The notes: generated from the sequence alone by a model not told the origin. 40,607 nucleotides of DNA from a virus (IMGVR_UViG_2675903253_000012); one strand, 5' to 3'. Shown: positions 1 to 10,542, counted from the stretch's first letter. Made by a program: numbers and translations.

Positions 1-1236
1 CTACGATAACCGCGCATTCAACATGGCTACCTGTTCGTCGTTCATGTCATCAATCCACATACCGTAAATTTCATACACCATCTGCGCAGTTTCATGCCCC
101 ATCTGGCTGGCTATAAACGCCGGGTTCGCTCCTGCCGTCAACAGCCAGCAGGCAAAAGTATGCCGCGTATGGTACGGATTACGGCGGCGAATACCAGCAC
201 GTTTTACTGCTGCATTCCATCTCGCACCCAAACTGCTTACCGAGTAATAAGGTTTCTGTTTTCCGTTACACACTCTGGGCATGAAAACAAAATGCAGTTT
301 TTGCTTTTCGGTTCTGCCGTACTCCCGATGATAAAAAGTGATTTCGCTTTTGCGATGATGCCCGGTCAGTTTGTATTGCTCCTTCAGTGCTTCAAGAGCA
401 GGCTGCAGTAGTGTTACCGTCCGGATCCCCGCATTTGTTTTTGGGGGACCGAACATATCCAGTATCGTCAGGTTTCTTCTGACATTCACAACTCCCTTCT
501 CGAAATCCACATCCTCCCACGCCAGAGCAGCCAGTTCCCCGTGACGAAGCCCGGAGTATACGGCAAATTTCCACAAGTTCTGGCTCTGTCCTTTTTCACT
601 TTCCATTAATGCATTGAATTCTGTTTTAGATAACGGGTCAGGCTTTATTCTGTTTCTCTGTAATTTCTTTACTCCTTCAAATGGTTTGGTTGATATAAAT
701 CCCGACTGATACGCAAAACGTAACAACGAACAGAGCAGGGCGATATAGTTATCAACTGTGCGCACGGTTCTTCCTTTTTTGTTGGATCTTGGATTATCCA
801 GGTAAAGCGTTTCTCCATGCAGCAGTTCATTCCGGTAGTTTAAGATATCGCTATAACGAATATGCGATATCGGAGTACTCTCACAAATTATTATCCTGAG
901 TGTTTTTAATTGTGATTTCGTTTTCTTCATTGTGTTTGTTGTTAACTCTGTTTCTTTAATTTTTGTCCAGATATCACAAAGCTCCCCGAACGTTTTTATG
1001 ACCCTCGTTGTCACCATTTTTGCCCCAGTGCTGGACTGGGGAAAACGTCTTAAATACTCAAACTCACCGGAATTGATTTCATGAACTATCAACGCTCTTA
1101 AATTCCCGGCTTTTTTAATGTTACTGTTAGTAACCTCCCAGCCTTTCAATGTTTCCCGACATCGTTTTCCTCGAAACATGAACCAGATGCGAATGTATTT
1201 ACCTCGAATCTCGACACCTGTTGGTAATTTAGACAT
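1..1236 (-). CDS. intR: Phage integrase, tyrosine recombinase (Rac IntR-like), complete 411 aa; stop codon at window positions 1-3
   Basis: Full-length ORF on minus strand; translation recalls Rac prophage IntR (tyrosine recombinase C-terminal region with R...H..R...Y-type residues); position at prophage end next to excisionase. Confidence 0.93.
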   Translation of the reverse strand: MSKLPTGVEIRGKYIRIWFMFRGKRCRETLKGWEVTNSNIKKAGNLRALIVHEINSGEFEYLRRFPQSSTGAKMVTTRVIKTFGELCDIWTKIKETELTTNTMKKTKSQLKTLRIIICESTPISHIRYSDILNYRNELLHGETLYLDNPRSNKKGRTVRTVDNYIALLCSLLRFAYQSGFISTKPFEGVKKLQRNRIKPDPLSKTEFNALMESEKGQSQNLWKFAVYSGLRHGELAALAWEDVDFEKGVVNVRRNLTILDMFGPPKTNAGIRTVTLLQPALEALKEQYKLTGHHRKSEITFYHREYGRTEKQKLHFVFMPRVCNGKQKPYYSVSSLGARWNAAVKRAGIRRRNPYHTRHTFACWLLTAGANPAFIASQMGHETAQMVYEIYGMWIDDMNDEQVAMLNARLS

Positions 1237-1237
1237 A

Positions 1238-1453
1238 TCATGAGTCTTTGATAAACTGATTTATCTTTGGATAGTTATACCAGATAATCCCTCGCTTACT
1301 GTCTGGCTTCCCTAAAGGAGATACTCGTTTGAAGTGGAAGCCTTCCACCCAACAGTTCTGGCGGTATGCTTCAATTTGTCTGGCCCCCAGACCAGTGCGA
1401 AGCATCAGGCCGTATTCAACCATCCACTCTTCATTAAAGATTACTTGTGCCAT
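1238..1453 (-). CDS. xisR: Excisionase-like protein (YdaQ/XisR family), 71 aa from internal Met of the 79-aa ORF
   Basis: Small ORF immediately upstream of int on same strand; sequence [16 protein letters not shown]... matches recalled Rac YdaQ; start chosen at MAQV. Confidence 0.8.
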   Translation of the reverse strand: MAQVIFNEEWMVEYGLMLRTGLGARQIEAYRQNCWVEGFHFKRVSPLGKPDSKRGIIWYNYPKINQFIKDS

Positions 1454-1552
1454 CGCATCACCTCTGGCAGGCGCCAATGTTAGACTTAAATTGACGCCCG
1501 ATGTTGATTATTAATAATCAGCTATGAAGTTTTAATTTGAATACAATGCAAT

Positions 1553-1813
1553 TCACGAGGACTGAAGTTTCTCGCAATTAAAATTTATCAGTTTTACTTT
1601 CTGCTCTCTGGAAACGCCTGCTTCTTTTTTACCTGAGAGCATTTTTTCGCATTCTGATTTCGTTAGTTTAGATTTTGAATATCTTGTCCAGTTAGTAGGA
1701 GTGCCACCTTCCTTTTCAATAGTGGCGGTAATTTTATACATGAACACCTCCATTATTATTTCCAGTGGTTCGTTTATTTCATCGTTCGAGTGCTTCTTTT
1801 TCACTTCCACCAT
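1553..1813 (-). CDS. ydaC: Rac-prophage YdaC-like small protein (DUF1187)
   Basis: 86-aa ORF in conserved Rac position between xis and ralR/recT; recalled similarity to YdaC. Confidence 0.65.
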   Translation of the reverse strand: MVEVKKKHSNDEINEPLEIIMEVFMYKITATIEKEGGTPTNWTRYSKSKLTKSECEKMLSGKKEAGVSREQKVKLINFNCEKLQSS

Positions 1814-1928
1814 AACCGGTTCGGGATTCGCATCCGTTACACTTCGCTCGGTAATATCCTGAAATGGCTTTCACCGTTACTGATGGACAACCACAAAATG
1901 GACATGGTTTAACATTGTCATATCTCAT
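1779..1928 (-). CDS. ralR: Restriction alleviation protein RalR/Lar-like (49 aa here, below the ORF-track cutoff), with two CxxC pairs
   Basis: Hand translation of minus strand: MRYDNVKPCPFCGCPSVTVKAISGYYRAKCNGCESRTGYGGSEKEALER*; CPFC...CNGC zinc-ribbon typical of the Lar family; overlaps ydaC start; sits just upstream of recT as in Rac. Confidence 0.6.
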   Translation of the reverse strand: MRYDNVKPCPFCGCPSVTVKAISGYYRAKCNGCESRTGYGGSEKEALER

Positions 1929-1983
1929 AATTTTTCTCATAAAAATATTTCAAGTTGGCGGTGCATTACACCGCCAGGCTGAA

Positions 1984-2793
1984 TTATTCCTCTGAATTAT
2001 CGATTACACTGTATTCCCCGGTTAATACAGAGGAATCTGCAGGATCGATTGTCAGTGGTTCCTTTTCATCCATTGATACTGCACGCTGGATCTCAATTGA
2101 TACGGGCAGATATTTGAACAGGCGACGAATAGCCGTTTTCTTTGCCATTTCTTCCCAGTGAGTTACCCACGGCCCGTTATTACCAGCTTTACTCTGGCTG
2201 CGCACCAGCTCAATCTGTTTGCGCGTCATAACTTCAAACTGAGTACCTCCGTCTTTCAGTCTTGCGACAGCATAGACGTGGGTAACAGGGGCATCTTCGT
2301 TTTCTCCTGGGCGGTGTATTAACTTTTCATCAAGGCCAAATTCGAAATTAAACTCGTCACCTTCACGGACAACACGGGCTGACAGGCTGGCGATTTGACC
2401 TGAACGGCGAGCCAGATCAATCATGCCGCGATAGCCAATGATTAGCTGAACGTTTTTTTTACCGCTCTTTTCGTTTTTATTACCAAAAGGCAGTAAATAT
2501 GCATGACCGAGGGCGCTACCGGGCTCAAGTCCGAGCTGTGAACACTGTACGATTGCACTGACAAAACTCATAGTGTCACAGTTTCCTAACGCCGGAACTT
2601 TACGAATTTCTGTGGTGGCGATACGGATCATACGTTCAGCCGTCATATGGCGTGGAAGAGCTGCTGCCAGTTGCTCTTTCATTGATGGCTGGTTAATAAA
2701 ACTAATCACGTCGTTATTTTTAATTGCTGCTGGTGCACGGTTTCCCTGAGTTTTTTGCAGATCGGCTTTTGCGATTGGTGGTTGCTTAGTCAT
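1984..2793 (-). CDS. recT: Recombinase RecT (ssDNA annealing protein), 269 aa
   Basis: Translation from [16 protein letters not shown]... matches recalled E. coli RecT; overlaps recE stop by 8 nt as in Rac. Confidence 0.95.
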   Translation of the reverse strand: MTKQPPIAKADLQKTQGNRAPAAIKNNDVISFINQPSMKEQLAAALPRHMTAERMIRIATTEIRKVPALGNCDTMSFVSAIVQCSQLGLEPGSALGHAYLLPFGNKNEKSGKKNVQLIIGYRGMIDLARRSGQIASLSARVVREGDEFNFEFGLDEKLIHRPGENEDAPVTHVYAVARLKDGGTQFEVMTRKQIELVRSQSKAGNNGPWVTHWEEMAKKTAIRRLFKYLPVSIEIQRAVSMDEKEPLTIDPADSSVLTGEYSVIDNSEE

Positions 2794-5386
2794 TTGCATA
2801 TTCCTTAGCCCAGCGGGGCAGTGATAACGTCTTAATAGCTGGCCATTCATCGGTATTGAGGCAGTCAGCCAGGGTTCGCAGATTGCGGTGATATTCCAGC
2901 TGACCTGCCAGTTTTGCTTCTTCGCCCATCATGAAAATTTCAACCGGATAACGTCCGCATTCAATAGTTGTGCTGGCAACCAGAAAAACGAAAGTTGGCT
3001 GCACTCCAAACTGTGCTTCATAACCGTCACTGTAGAATGCATCCTGAACGTGATAGCGGTAGTCGTAATAAGCGGTTTTGAATCGTTGAATATCCGCCGT
3101 AGTTTTCACGTCCATGATCCAGTGAAATTCAGGGATAATTTTGTCCGGACGGCACCGACACAAAATTGCTGTTTCAGGATCTTCCCAGTAAATTGATGAT
3201 TCAGCGTGTCCGGCGCTTTCAACAAGCCATTGCCCCAGCGGCAAAGCCATAACGCTCTGATACATGAGTTCAATTTTCCGGCCTTCTTCGGCAGTGATAA
3301 CCGTTTTTCCTGTGCTTGCGCATTCCCTCAGAAACGCTTTCTCTTCTTCTTTTCCGGAGTTTGTCCGGCGGTTAAATTCAGGTGCTACGATAAAGCGGTT
3401 ACTGAATTCTTCCGGCTCAAGTACCCGGCAGTGGAAAGCGGTTCCTAAATCGAGCGTTTTTGTCTTTGTGGTGTCCACGGGGGCATTTTTACGCCACAAA
3501 TACAGTGCCGGAGTATCAGCAATGTCATCGAGCTGAGACTTACTGACACCGGGACCCGCGTGGTAATTCTCATTCGAAATTCCGTAATAAATACCTGGCT
3601 CTATGTCTTCTACGATTACGGGATCTGCGACTTCGCCAGTTTCATCACTGCAATCGCGATGCGGATCGCTGCCAGCATTCTCATTGTGCGGATGTTCAGC
3701 GCCTTCCATTTCCTCCGGATCATTTTCCTTAGCTTCAACCTGACTCTCTTCATCGAATGTTTCCTGGTATGTTGCGTCGCCCATCACCGCACCACAGTCA
3801 GGGCAGTTATCCCCGCCAGTCTGGCCGCAGGCATTGCAGGCTATTTCCGGTTCCTGTTGCACTACTGGCTCAGGTTGATTCATATCCGGGCTGGTTTTTT
3901 CCGTTTCTGGCTGGTTCTGGTACACACAATCGCGAGTCTGGATCCCCTTTACCCATTTCGGATCGTTCGGGTCGCTAATTCCGTCAACAAATTCACCACG
4001 TGATGCAGCAAGCAATTTATCGGCATCGACAGGATTTTTTGATGGAATGTTTTTCCGGGCTTCATGGAGTTCTGCCCGCAGTTCCTGATATTTCGCATCA
4101 ACAGAATTTACCTGTGACTGAGCATCCAGCGGCTGCGTGTCCTGATGATGTTCAGTTGCGTCCGGTTCCATTGTTTCAGCCTCTCCCTGTTCAACTGCCG
4201 TTGTTCCAGATGGTTGCGGTTTTTCTTCATCATCCTGTTTTCCTTCTTCTGTTACTCGCTGCGGCATCGGGGCAGAGGAGCGACCGCAGGCAATATCCAC
4301 GATTTCCGGATCAGGGTTGGCATGATCGGTTTCAGTCAGTACTTTGTTCAGATATTCAGTGACGTGCGCGGGGATGACCTCGATCCCAATTGGTGCTTCT
4401 TTTACGGACGCAACCACGATGGCGCGGGAATAATCCAGCCCGCCAGGCATGGTGATGAATTTGTCGCGGAAAACAGAAAAGGGCGGTTTATTTTCAGCGA
4501 TAATTTCCTCAATGCGTTTAGCGTGTGCCGGATGAAGGTTATAGATGTCCAGATCCATTGAACGGGCCAGTACGCCAGTGGCTACGTCCCGCGCCAGTGA
4601 CGTCAGATCGTGTACGAAACCTTCGCCGCGATCGGTGAGGTTTCCGCCGCCAGCATTAGCACCGGAAGCCGTGCGAGTGATGTGTGAAACACGATTACCC
4701 TTCATCCACTCTTTTGTCAGCAGTCCTCGATCGGTGTAGTCAGCGTTCAGGTATGCTTCGAAAAAAGCAGTTATCAGTCCCAGGTTTGAATTACCAGGAT
4801 TAGGGAAAACTTTGTCAGTGTCACGAACCAGTTTGTGGAGTTCGCGAATTTCCAGCGGGTCGAGCAGGCTGGTTTTGTGGGAAACAGCCAGGGCAGTAAC
4901 AGCCGGTAGTTCTTCAGCCCGAGCAATGTGTAATGCCTGGAGTCCGTCGCGTGAAACGTGCGTTACCGGTTTTTCGCTGCCGTGTTGAGCAAGCCAACGA
5001 ATGGGCAGTTCCTGGCCAGAAATTGGGAGTAGCATATTCTCCTCAATCTCAGTCATGTCTTCGCCGTTGACGTTGGTATTGCCTTGATAGTGAGCGTTGT
5101 CTGGTGCTGCTCCCGGTTTTAGTTCCCATGTCATGGAGTCTTTGCTGAGTTGATAGCGTTCACTCCAGGTAAAATCGATCTCACCTTCAGCGGGCAGGTC
5201 ATTAACGACAGGAAAATTCGTGGCAACAGCTTTAAAATAGCTGCTCAGTTTTTTACCTGACTTAACGATCAGGTAGTCCAGAGTGGCACAGGTCGATTCA
5301 AAATCGTTGCTTGCCCACAGGACGACGTCAGGTTCACCGGATGATTTTTTCGCTTTCCGTAACAGGAAGAGTGGTTTTGTGCTCAT
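2786..5386 (-). CDS. recE: Exodeoxyribonuclease VIII RecE, 866 aa
   Basis: 866-aa ORF; acidic central region and C-terminal nuclease domain; matches recalled RecE; recE-recT operon arrangement. Confidence 0.95.
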   Translation of the reverse strand: MSTKPLFLLRKAKKSSGEPDVVLWASNDFESTCATLDYLIVKSGKKLSSYFKAVATNFPVVNDLPAEGEIDFTWSERYQLSKDSMTWELKPGAAPDNAHYQGNTNVNGEDMTEIEENMLLPISGQELPIRWLAQHGSEKPVTHVSRDGLQALHIARAEELPAVTALAVSHKTSLLDPLEIRELHKLVRDTDKVFPNPGNSNLGLITAFFEAYLNADYTDRGLLTKEWMKGNRVSHITRTASGANAGGGNLTDRGEGFVHDLTSLARDVATGVLARSMDLDIYNLHPAHAKRIEEIIAENKPPFSVFRDKFITMPGGLDYSRAIVVASVKEAPIGIEVIPAHVTEYLNKVLTETDHANPDPEIVDIACGRSSAPMPQRVTEEGKQDDEEKPQPSGTTAVEQGEAETMEPDATEHHQDTQPLDAQSQVNSVDAKYQELRAELHEARKNIPSKNPVDADKLLAASRGEFVDGISDPNDPKWVKGIQTRDCVYQNQPETEKTSPDMNQPEPVVQQEPEIACNACGQTGGDNCPDCGAVMGDATYQETFDEESQVEAKENDPEEMEGAEHPHNENAGSDPHRDCSDETGEVADPVIVEDIEPGIYYGISNENYHAGPGVSKSQLDDIADTPALYLWRKNAPVDTTKTKTLDLGTAFHCRVLEPEEFSNRFIVAPEFNRRTNSGKEEEKAFLRECASTGKTVITAEEGRKIELMYQSVMALPLGQWLVESAGHAESSIYWEDPETAILCRCRPDKIIPEFHWIMDVKTTADIQRFKTAYYDYRYHVQDAFYSDGYEAQFGVQPTFVFLVASTTIECGRYPVEIFMMGEEAKLAGQLEYHRNLRTLADCLNTDEWPAIKTLSLPRWAKEYAND

Positions 5387-5487
5387 TGTTTTTTAACCTC
5401 AACTCAGATTAAAATTCGTTTTGTTCAGTGAATGATCTTGCCGGATACACACTGTTCATAGCCTGCGCCATACGCAGGCTATTTCTT

Positions 5488-5763
5488 TCAGATTTCACCT
5501 TTTAATTTCATTGCAATTAGAGTTGCCAGAAATTCGGCTTTTTTTTCTGCGGGCAGATTCTTTCCGATATGCACCAGGCACATTTTTTTGACACCTTCAT
5601 CAAGTGTTTTTACGTTGCCTGATGGACCATCGATATCAACCACAGTGAATGGGGTTTCTTTATTTTCTGTTTTAATTACGTAGCCAATGCGCTTTCCTTC
5701 CAGATTCACCTCGTGAACAATGTCATCGGTAGTTACAACAGTGGCTTCATAATTGGTAATCAT
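5488..5763 (-). CDS. racC: RacC-like small protein, 91 aa
   Basis: MITNYEATVVTTDDIVHEVNLEGKRIGYVIK... matches recalled RacC; start set at internal Met of the 107-aa ORF. Confidence 0.8.
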   Translation of the reverse strand: MITNYEATVVTTDDIVHEVNLEGKRIGYVIKTENKETPFTVVDIDGPSGNVKTLDEGVKKMCLVHIGKNLPAEKKAEFLATLIAMKLKGEI

Positions 5764-5837
5764 GTTTTTCTCCTTAATTAAGGTTGAGCGAATACCTGCC
5801 ATTTCTGGCATAAATTCAGTTTCGAATAGTCAATTAA

Positions 5838-6008
5838 TTAAAGTTCATGTGCCATCTGGTCTTTTTCGGCACAAGCTTCACTGCAATATTTTCTCGGTTC
5901 GTCTTTTGATAAAATCCCGTGCATGAAGTGAAGCATTCTTTCAATAGCTTTGCTTTCTTCAACGTCTTTTTTGCAAAGGTGGTAAGCACATTTTATTTTC
6001 TTAGTCAT
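5838..6008 (-). CDS. ydaE: YdaE-like small Cys-rich (zinc-binding) protein, 56 aa
   Basis: Hand translation [56 protein letters not shown]; ATGA start/stop overlap with kilR. Confidence 0.6.
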   Translation of the reverse strand: MTKKIKCAYHLCKKDVEESKAIERMLHFMHGILSKDEPRKYCSEACAEKDQMAHEL

Positions 6009-6229
6009 CACCATGACTCCGCCTTTACAGGTAAACCATCACGACCGAGGAAGACTTTAATCATGCGGTCAGTAATGCATGTTTTTGTGGTCAGGTTACG
6101 AATATATAGTTTTCGCTTTTTAATATTGTTTGCCGAGGCAATATATGTCCGGCCTTCATGAAGAACATAATCGCCAGGAGTCACACACTGACGTGGTATT
6201 TCATCAGTTCCGAAGTGATGTGCAATCAT
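6008..6229 (-). CDS. kilR: KilR cell-division (FtsZ) inhibitor, 73 aa
   Basis: [40 protein letters not shown]... matches recalled Rac KilR. Confidence 0.85.
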   Translation of the reverse strand: MIAHHFGTDEIPRQCVTPGDYVLHEGRTYIASANNIKKRKLYIRNLTTKTCITDRMIKVFLGRDGLPVKAESW

Positions 6230-6670
6230 AATTATCTCCATTTTTACAAATGAACTTTGTTGATGCGGTGCCTGGTGCCTCCAGGTGACTGCAACCAGTT
6301 AACAATTACAGTCGGCTTTCCCACCCAAACCAATAAGGACTAACATGACTTTTAACTGTGCCACGTGCGCTTAGCCGCATTCACCGCATCACAAAATTCA
6401 CTTTAAAAAGGGCGGACATCAGCCGAACTTCAAGAAAAAAACTGATGCCGCCAGGACTACACACAGCAATGTCGTTATTTACAACCGGAGGCGCACTCCC
6501 ACCATTTAAATTTAACAGACAAGACCGACTCTTTATGGATATCGGAAATGCGCCTTCGTGTTGTGCCCGGTTTTATTTCACCACCTCCGGGCTTCGGTGG
6601 TCTCGGCTATACCCCTACAGCGAGAGCTTGTGTTAACATTTCAATACCCTTACAGTTGAGAGTTATTGAT

Positions 6671-7159
6671 ATGTTGGATGTATTTACTCCATTGTTGAAA
6701 CTTTTTGCTAACGAGCCACTCGAAATACTTATGTATACGATTATCATTTTTGGTCTCACTCTCTGGCTGATACCGAAAGAGTTTACTGTCGCATTCAATG
6801 CTTATACTGAAATACCTTGGCTCTTTCAGATTATCGTTTTTGCCTTTTCTTTCGTGGTCGCCATTTCCTTCTCAAGATTGCGAGCACATATTCAAAAGCA
6901 TTATTCATTACTACCAGAGCAACGAGTATTGCTTCGTTTATCTGAGAAAGAAATCGCTGTATTTAAAGATTTCCTTAAAACAGGAAATCTTATTATCACT
7001 TCTCCTTGCCGTAACCCGGTTATGAAAAAATTAGAACGGAAGGGCATCATTCAACATCAGAGTGATAGCGCAAACTGTTCTTATTATCTCGTCACCGAAA
7101 AATACTCCCATTTTATGAAGTTATTCTGGAACAGCAGGAGTAGACGTTTTAATCGTTAG
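6671..7159 (+). CDS. sieB: Superinfection exclusion protein B (SieB), 162 aa, membrane protein
   Basis: MLDVFTPLLKLFANEPLEILMYTIIIFGLTLWLIPKEF... with two hydrophobic TM segments; matches recalled SieB; start at internal Met of the 203-aa ORF. Confidence 0.85.
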   Translation: MLDVFTPLLKLFANEPLEILMYTIIIFGLTLWLIPKEFTVAFNAYTEIPWLFQIIVFAFSFVVAISFSRLRAHIQKHYSLLPEQRVLLRLSEKEIAVFKDFLKTGNLIITSPCRNPVMKKLERKGIIQHQSDSANCSYYLVTEKYSHFMKLFWNSRSRRFNR

Positions 7160-7311
7160 CTTACTGTGTGCTTCTCCAACCATCGGCGCGCACCAGTTTC
7201 GGTTTTAAATGTTTTGCTTTTGGTATACGTCATGGCAGTGAACGTTCCATCCTGGTTGGGGAACACGCCGCACACCAGGGATTCGTTGTTGCCGAGGTCG
7301 ATTTTTTGCAT
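7156..7311 (-). CDS. ydaF: YdaF-like small protein (DUF1391), 51 aa
   Basis: Hand translation MQKIDLGNNESLVCGVFPNQDGTFTAMTYTKSKTFKTETGARRWLEKHTVS*; convergent 4-nt overlap with sieB stop; conserved Rac position. Confidence 0.55.
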   Translation of the reverse strand: MQKIDLGNNESLVCGVFPNQDGTFTAMTYTKSKTFKTETGARRWLEKHTVS

Positions 7312-7321
7312 TTTGCGAATC

Positions 7322-7456
7322 TCACATCTTGTTGCTGTGTATAGCGACTTCTGCCTGCCAGAGATCCCAGTCGTTGCTGCGTAAAGCCTGCACAGCCTGG
7401 TTGTAAGTGATACCGCAACAATCCATCAAATACTGAACTACTTCGTAATGCACCAT
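7322..7456 (-). CDS. ydaG: YdaG-like small protein, 44 aa
   Basis: MVHYEVVQYLMDCCGITYNQAVQALRSNDWDLWQAEVAIHSNKM within the 60-aa ORF; conserved Rac position. Confidence 0.6.
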   Translation of the reverse strand: MVHYEVVQYLMDCCGITYNQAVQALRSNDWDLWQAEVAIHSNKM

Positions 7457-7614
7457 CTTATCTCTCCCCTTAACGCCGGGTGGCGGAACTGAAACCTGCT
7501 GCACTGCAAAATCTGAACCCTGCCGTCATGTTCATACGCCTCGGGCTGGCTACTTAACCCCTGACCACTGCCTGGTAACTCGAAGTATTGCCCTGCGTTC
7601 TGTGGGGCGGGGTG

Positions 7615-7680
7615 GGTTGGTAGGTATATAATGTACTTTGTGTTCATTGATGTAAAGTACTATAAGTACATTTTGTGTGT
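7615..7680. promoter_or_regulatory. Putative early-left promoter/operator region with repeated GTACT/AGTACT motifs
   Basis: Sequence tatataatgtactttgtgttcattgatgtaaagtactataagtacattttgtgtg contains several GTAC-centred repeats and, on the minus strand, a TTTACA-17bp-CATTAT promoter-like pair; lies between racR 3' end and the leftward ydaG-kilR-recET genes. Confidence 0.3.
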
Positions 7681-7746
7681 AAAAAAATGAGATGGGATAA
7701 AGTGAAGCACAAACCCGGAGGGGGACGCTACCGGATTTATGCTGGT

Positions 7747-8184
7747 TTAAGAGGCTTTTTGTTTTTTCTTTCGTGCTAGCTCTTCGTAAATTGCATTGTA
7801 CTTCTGTTTTTTCTCCTCAAGAGTTTTTAAAAGTTCATCTGTCTCACTGTCAGGGAGCTCGTCCAGAAGGTCAATGATGATTTTTTGTCTTGGATTTAAC
7901 TCCTGATAGAAACGTACCTGTCCACTTTCTTCTGTATCCTCTCCCAAAAGATAGGTTGGTGTTGTTCCAATGAGTGTTGCTAATTCCCTTAATTTCTCTC
8001 GGCGAGGAATTGTTTCGCCATTAAACCATTTGCTAACCGCTTTTGGTGTTAATTTCATTCGACGGGCAATTTCTGCCTGCCTTCCATGTTGTTCATAACC
8101 AGCGTTTTCACAGGCTAGCGCAAGCCTACTGGCGAACTCTTTACGCGCTTTATCTTCATGAACCATAAGTTCAATGATATTCAC
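7747..8184 (-). CDS. racR: Prophage repressor RacR-like (XRE/Cro-CI family HTH), 145 aa
   Basis: HTH-like segment QAEIARRMKLTPKAVSKWFNGETIP; divergent from ydaS/ydaT as in Rac. Confidence 0.85.
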   Translation of the reverse strand: MNIIELMVHEDKARKEFASRLALACENAGYEQHGRQAEIARRMKLTPKAVSKWFNGETIPRREKLRELATLIGTTPTYLLGEDTEESGQVRFYQELNPRQKIIIDLLDELPDSETDELLKTLEEKKQKYNAIYEELARKKKQKAS

Positions 8185-8245
8185 TCTTGAATGTACTGTC
8201 AGTTCTGTTATAGCATGTACTCAAAGTTCACATTGTGAGGGTGAT
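8185..8245. promoter_or_regulatory. Divergent racR / ydaS intergenic control region (candidate operators, repeated ATGTACT)
   Basis: 61-bp divergent intergenic region containing gaATGTACTgtcag and gcATGTACTcaaag repeats; a Shine-Dalgarno-like gaggg precedes the ydaS ATG. Confidence 0.4.
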
Positions 8246-8500
8246 ATGAACCAGAAAACACTTGAAGATGTAATCAAAACTGTTCGCGTTTCTGTTGTGG
8301 CCGACGTTTGTGGTGTCAGCCAAAGAGCAATCTACAAATGGATGGATAACGGAAAATTGCCTCGCACAGAATATACCGGCGAAACAAATTACGCTGAAAA
8401 AATCGCTCATGCATCAAACGGATTATTTTCTGCTGATGTAATTTTAACTATTGGCAGAAATAAAACTACTACGAAAAAGCTGATGGGAGTTGATTCATGA
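8246..8500 (+). CDS. ydaS: YdaS-like Cro/HTH-type protein (toxic when derepressed in Rac)
   Basis: MNQKTLEDVIKTVRVSVVADVCGVSQRAIYKWMDNGKLP (HTH); start at ATG with gaggg Shine-Dalgarno; divergent from racR. Confidence 0.75.
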   Translation: MNQKTLEDVIKTVRVSVVADVCGVSQRAIYKWMDNGKLPRTEYTGETNYAEKIAHASNGLFSADVILTIGRNKTTTKKLMGVDS

Positions 8501-8919
8501 AAATCAAGCATGAGCACATCGAGTCAGTGTTGTTAGCCCTGGCAGCCGAAAAAGGGCAGGCATGGGTAGCCAATGCCATTACTGAAGAATATCTGCGCCA
8601 GGGGGGCGGCGAATTGCCCCTGGTACCAGGCAAGGACTGGAATAATCAGCAGAATATCTATCACCGTTGGTTGAAAGGTGAAACGAAAACGCAAAGAGAA
8701 AAAATTCAGAAGCTGATCCCAGCAATTCTGGCAATCCTTCCGCGCGAGCTGCGTCACCGACTCTGCATCTTCGATACCCTGGAACGCCGTGCATTACTGG
8801 CGGCGCAGGAAGCGTTAAGTACGGCAATTGATGCGCATGATGATGCAGTCCAAGCCGTTTACCGGAAAGCGCATTTCAGCGGCGGCGGGTCTTCCGACGA
8901 TTCTGTCATTGTTCATTAA
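8497..8919 (+). CDS. ydaT: YdaT-like protein (Rac toxin partner of YdaS), 140 aa
   Basis: ORF overlapping ydaS stop (ATGA); recalled similarity to YdaT. Confidence 0.8.
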   Translation: MKIKHEHIESVLLALAAEKGQAWVANAITEEYLRQGGGELPLVPGKDWNNQQNIYHRWLKGETKTQREKIQKLIPAILAILPRELRHRLCIFDTLERRALLAAQEALSTAIDAHDDAVQAVYRKAHFSGGGSSDDSVIVH

Positions 8920-8931
8920 GCAAAAGTTTCC

Positions 8932-9789
8932 ATGCTGTTTGTGCTTATTCTAAGCCACCGGGCAGCATCATACGGGGCAATTATGGCCGCATTACCATAC
9001 ATGCAACTGTACATAGCTGATTACCTGGCTGACACCATGCATTTGTCAGCAGAGGAGCATGGTGCGTATTTGTTGCTGATGTTCAATTACTGGCAAACAG
9101 GAAAGCCAATACCTAAAAACAGGCTGGCAAAAATTGCCCGTCTGACTAACGAGCGATGGGCTGATGTTGAACCATCCTTGCAGGAGTTTTTTTGCGATAA
9201 CGGCGAGGAATGGGTGCATCTTCGGATTGAGGAAGATCTGGCATCAGTCAGGGAAAAATTAACCAAAAAATCAGCCGCAGGAAAAGCATCTGTTCAGGCC
9301 AGAAGAAGCAGAAAGGAAGCAGATGTTCAAACAAAACAAGAGAGAAATTTAACAGGTGTTCAAACAGATGTTGAAGTGGTGTTTGAACATGATGTCAACA
9401 CAAAGGCAACTAATAAAGATACAGATAAAGATCTAAAAACAGATCCCCCCCTAAATCCCCCCCGGGGGAATCGAGGTGTCAAAAAGTTTGACCCTCTGGA
9501 TATTGCTTTGCCGAACTGGATTTCTGTCTCGCTTTGGCGTGAGTGGGTTGAATTTCGCCAGGCATTGCGAAAACCGATTCGAACGGAGCAGGGCGCTAAC
9601 GGGGCGATACGGGAACTGGAAAAATTCCGTCAGCAGGGTTTTACACCTGAGCAGGTGATTCGACACAGCATCGCCAATGAATACCAGGGCTTGTTCGCGC
9701 CGAAAGGTGTTCGACCTGAGACGTTACTCCGACAGGTTAACACCGTCTCGTTACCGGATAGTGCGATCCCGCCAGGCTTCAGGGGGTAA
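8932..9789 (+). CDS. ydaU: YdaU-like replication-module protein (DUF1376); true start may be the internal MAALPYMQLY Met near 8983
   Basis: Conserved LPYMQLYIADYLADT N-terminal motif of DUF1376 phage proteins; directly upstream of DnaC-like gene. Confidence 0.75.
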   Translation: MLFVLILSHRAASYGAIMAALPYMQLYIADYLADTMHLSAEEHGAYLLLMFNYWQTGKPIPKNRLAKIARLTNERWADVEPSLQEFFCDNGEEWVHLRIEEDLASVREKLTKKSAAGKASVQARRSRKEADVQTKQERNLTGVQTDVEVVFEHDVNTKATNKDTDKDLKTDPPLNPPRGNRGVKKFDPLDIALPNWISVSLWREWVEFRQALRKPIRTEQGANGAIRELEKFRQQGFTPEQVIRHSIANEYQGLFAPKGVRPETLLRQVNTVSLPDSAIPPGFRG

Positions 9790-9795
9790 CTGACC

Positions 9796-10542
9796 ATGAA
9801 AAATATTGCGACAGGCGACGTTCTTGAACGTATCCGCAGACTGGCCCCGTCACATGTAACCGCGCCATTCAAGACGGTAGCGGAGTGGCGCGAGTGGCAA
9901 CTTTCCGAAGGCCAGAAACGTTGTGAGGAGATCAACCGTCAGAATCGTCAGTTGCGGGTGGAAAAAATTCTGAATCGCTCTGGCATCCAGCCATTGCACC
10001 GCAAATGCTCGTTTTCGAATTACCAGGTGCAGAACGAAGCGCAGCGATACGCGTTGAGTCAGGCGAAATCCATCGCTGATGAACTGATGACCGGGTGTAC
10101 AAATTTTGCGTTCAGCGGAAAACCTGGTACCGGGAAGAATCACTTAGCGGCAGCTATCGGGAATCGCCTGCTGAAAGACGGTCAGACAGTGATTGTGGTT
10201 ACCGTGGCTGATGTTATGAGTGCCCTGCACGCCAGCTATGACGATGGGCAGTCAGGCGAAAAATTTTTGCGGGAACTATGCGAAGTGGATCTGCTGGTTC
10301 TTGATGAAATTGGCATTCAGCGCGAGACGAAAAACGAGCAGGTGGTGCTGCACCAGATTGTTGATCGCCGGACAGCGTCGATGCGCAGCGTGGGGATGCT
10401 GACAAACCTGAACTATGAGGCCATGAAAACATTGCTCGGCGAGCGGATTATGGATCGCATGACCATGAACGGCGGGCGATGGGTGAATTTTAACTGGGAG
10501 AGCTGGCGTCCGAATGTCGTCCAGCCAGGAATTGAGAAGTAA
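9796..10542 (+). CDS. ydaV: DnaC/IstB-like AAA+ replication helicase loader (YdaV-like)
   Basis: Walker [16 protein letters not shown] and Walker [10 protein letters not shown] motifs visible in the translation. Confidence 0.88.
   Translation: MKNIATGDVLERIRRLAPSHVTAPFKTVAEWREWQLSEGQKRCEEINRQNRQLRVEKILNRSGIQPLHRKCSFSNYQVQNEAQRYALSQAKSIADELMTGCTNFAFSGKPGTGKNHLAAAIGNRLLKDGQTVIVVTVADVMSALHASYDDGQSGEKFLRELCEVDLLVLDEIGIQRETKNEQVVLHQIVDRRTASMRSVGMLTNLNYEAMKTLLGERIMDRMTMNGGRWVNFNWESWRPNVVQPGIEK

Noticed and set aside
2888-4739. Series of plus-strand ORFs (60-147 aa) inside the recE region
   Set aside because: They lie antisense within the long, well-supported RecE coding sequence; compositional shadow ORFs with no start signals.
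5440-5480. Inverted repeat atagcctgcg...cgcaggctat between recE and racC
   Set aside because: The T-rich tail is on the plus strand whereas the flanking genes are on the minus strand; not a convincing terminator for the local transcripts.
9421-9460. cccccccctaaatcccccccggggg homopolymer/palindrome
   Set aside because: Lies inside the ydaU coding frame (encodes DPPLNPPRG); probably just Pro/Gly codons, or a homopolymer prone to sequencing error; no regulatory context.
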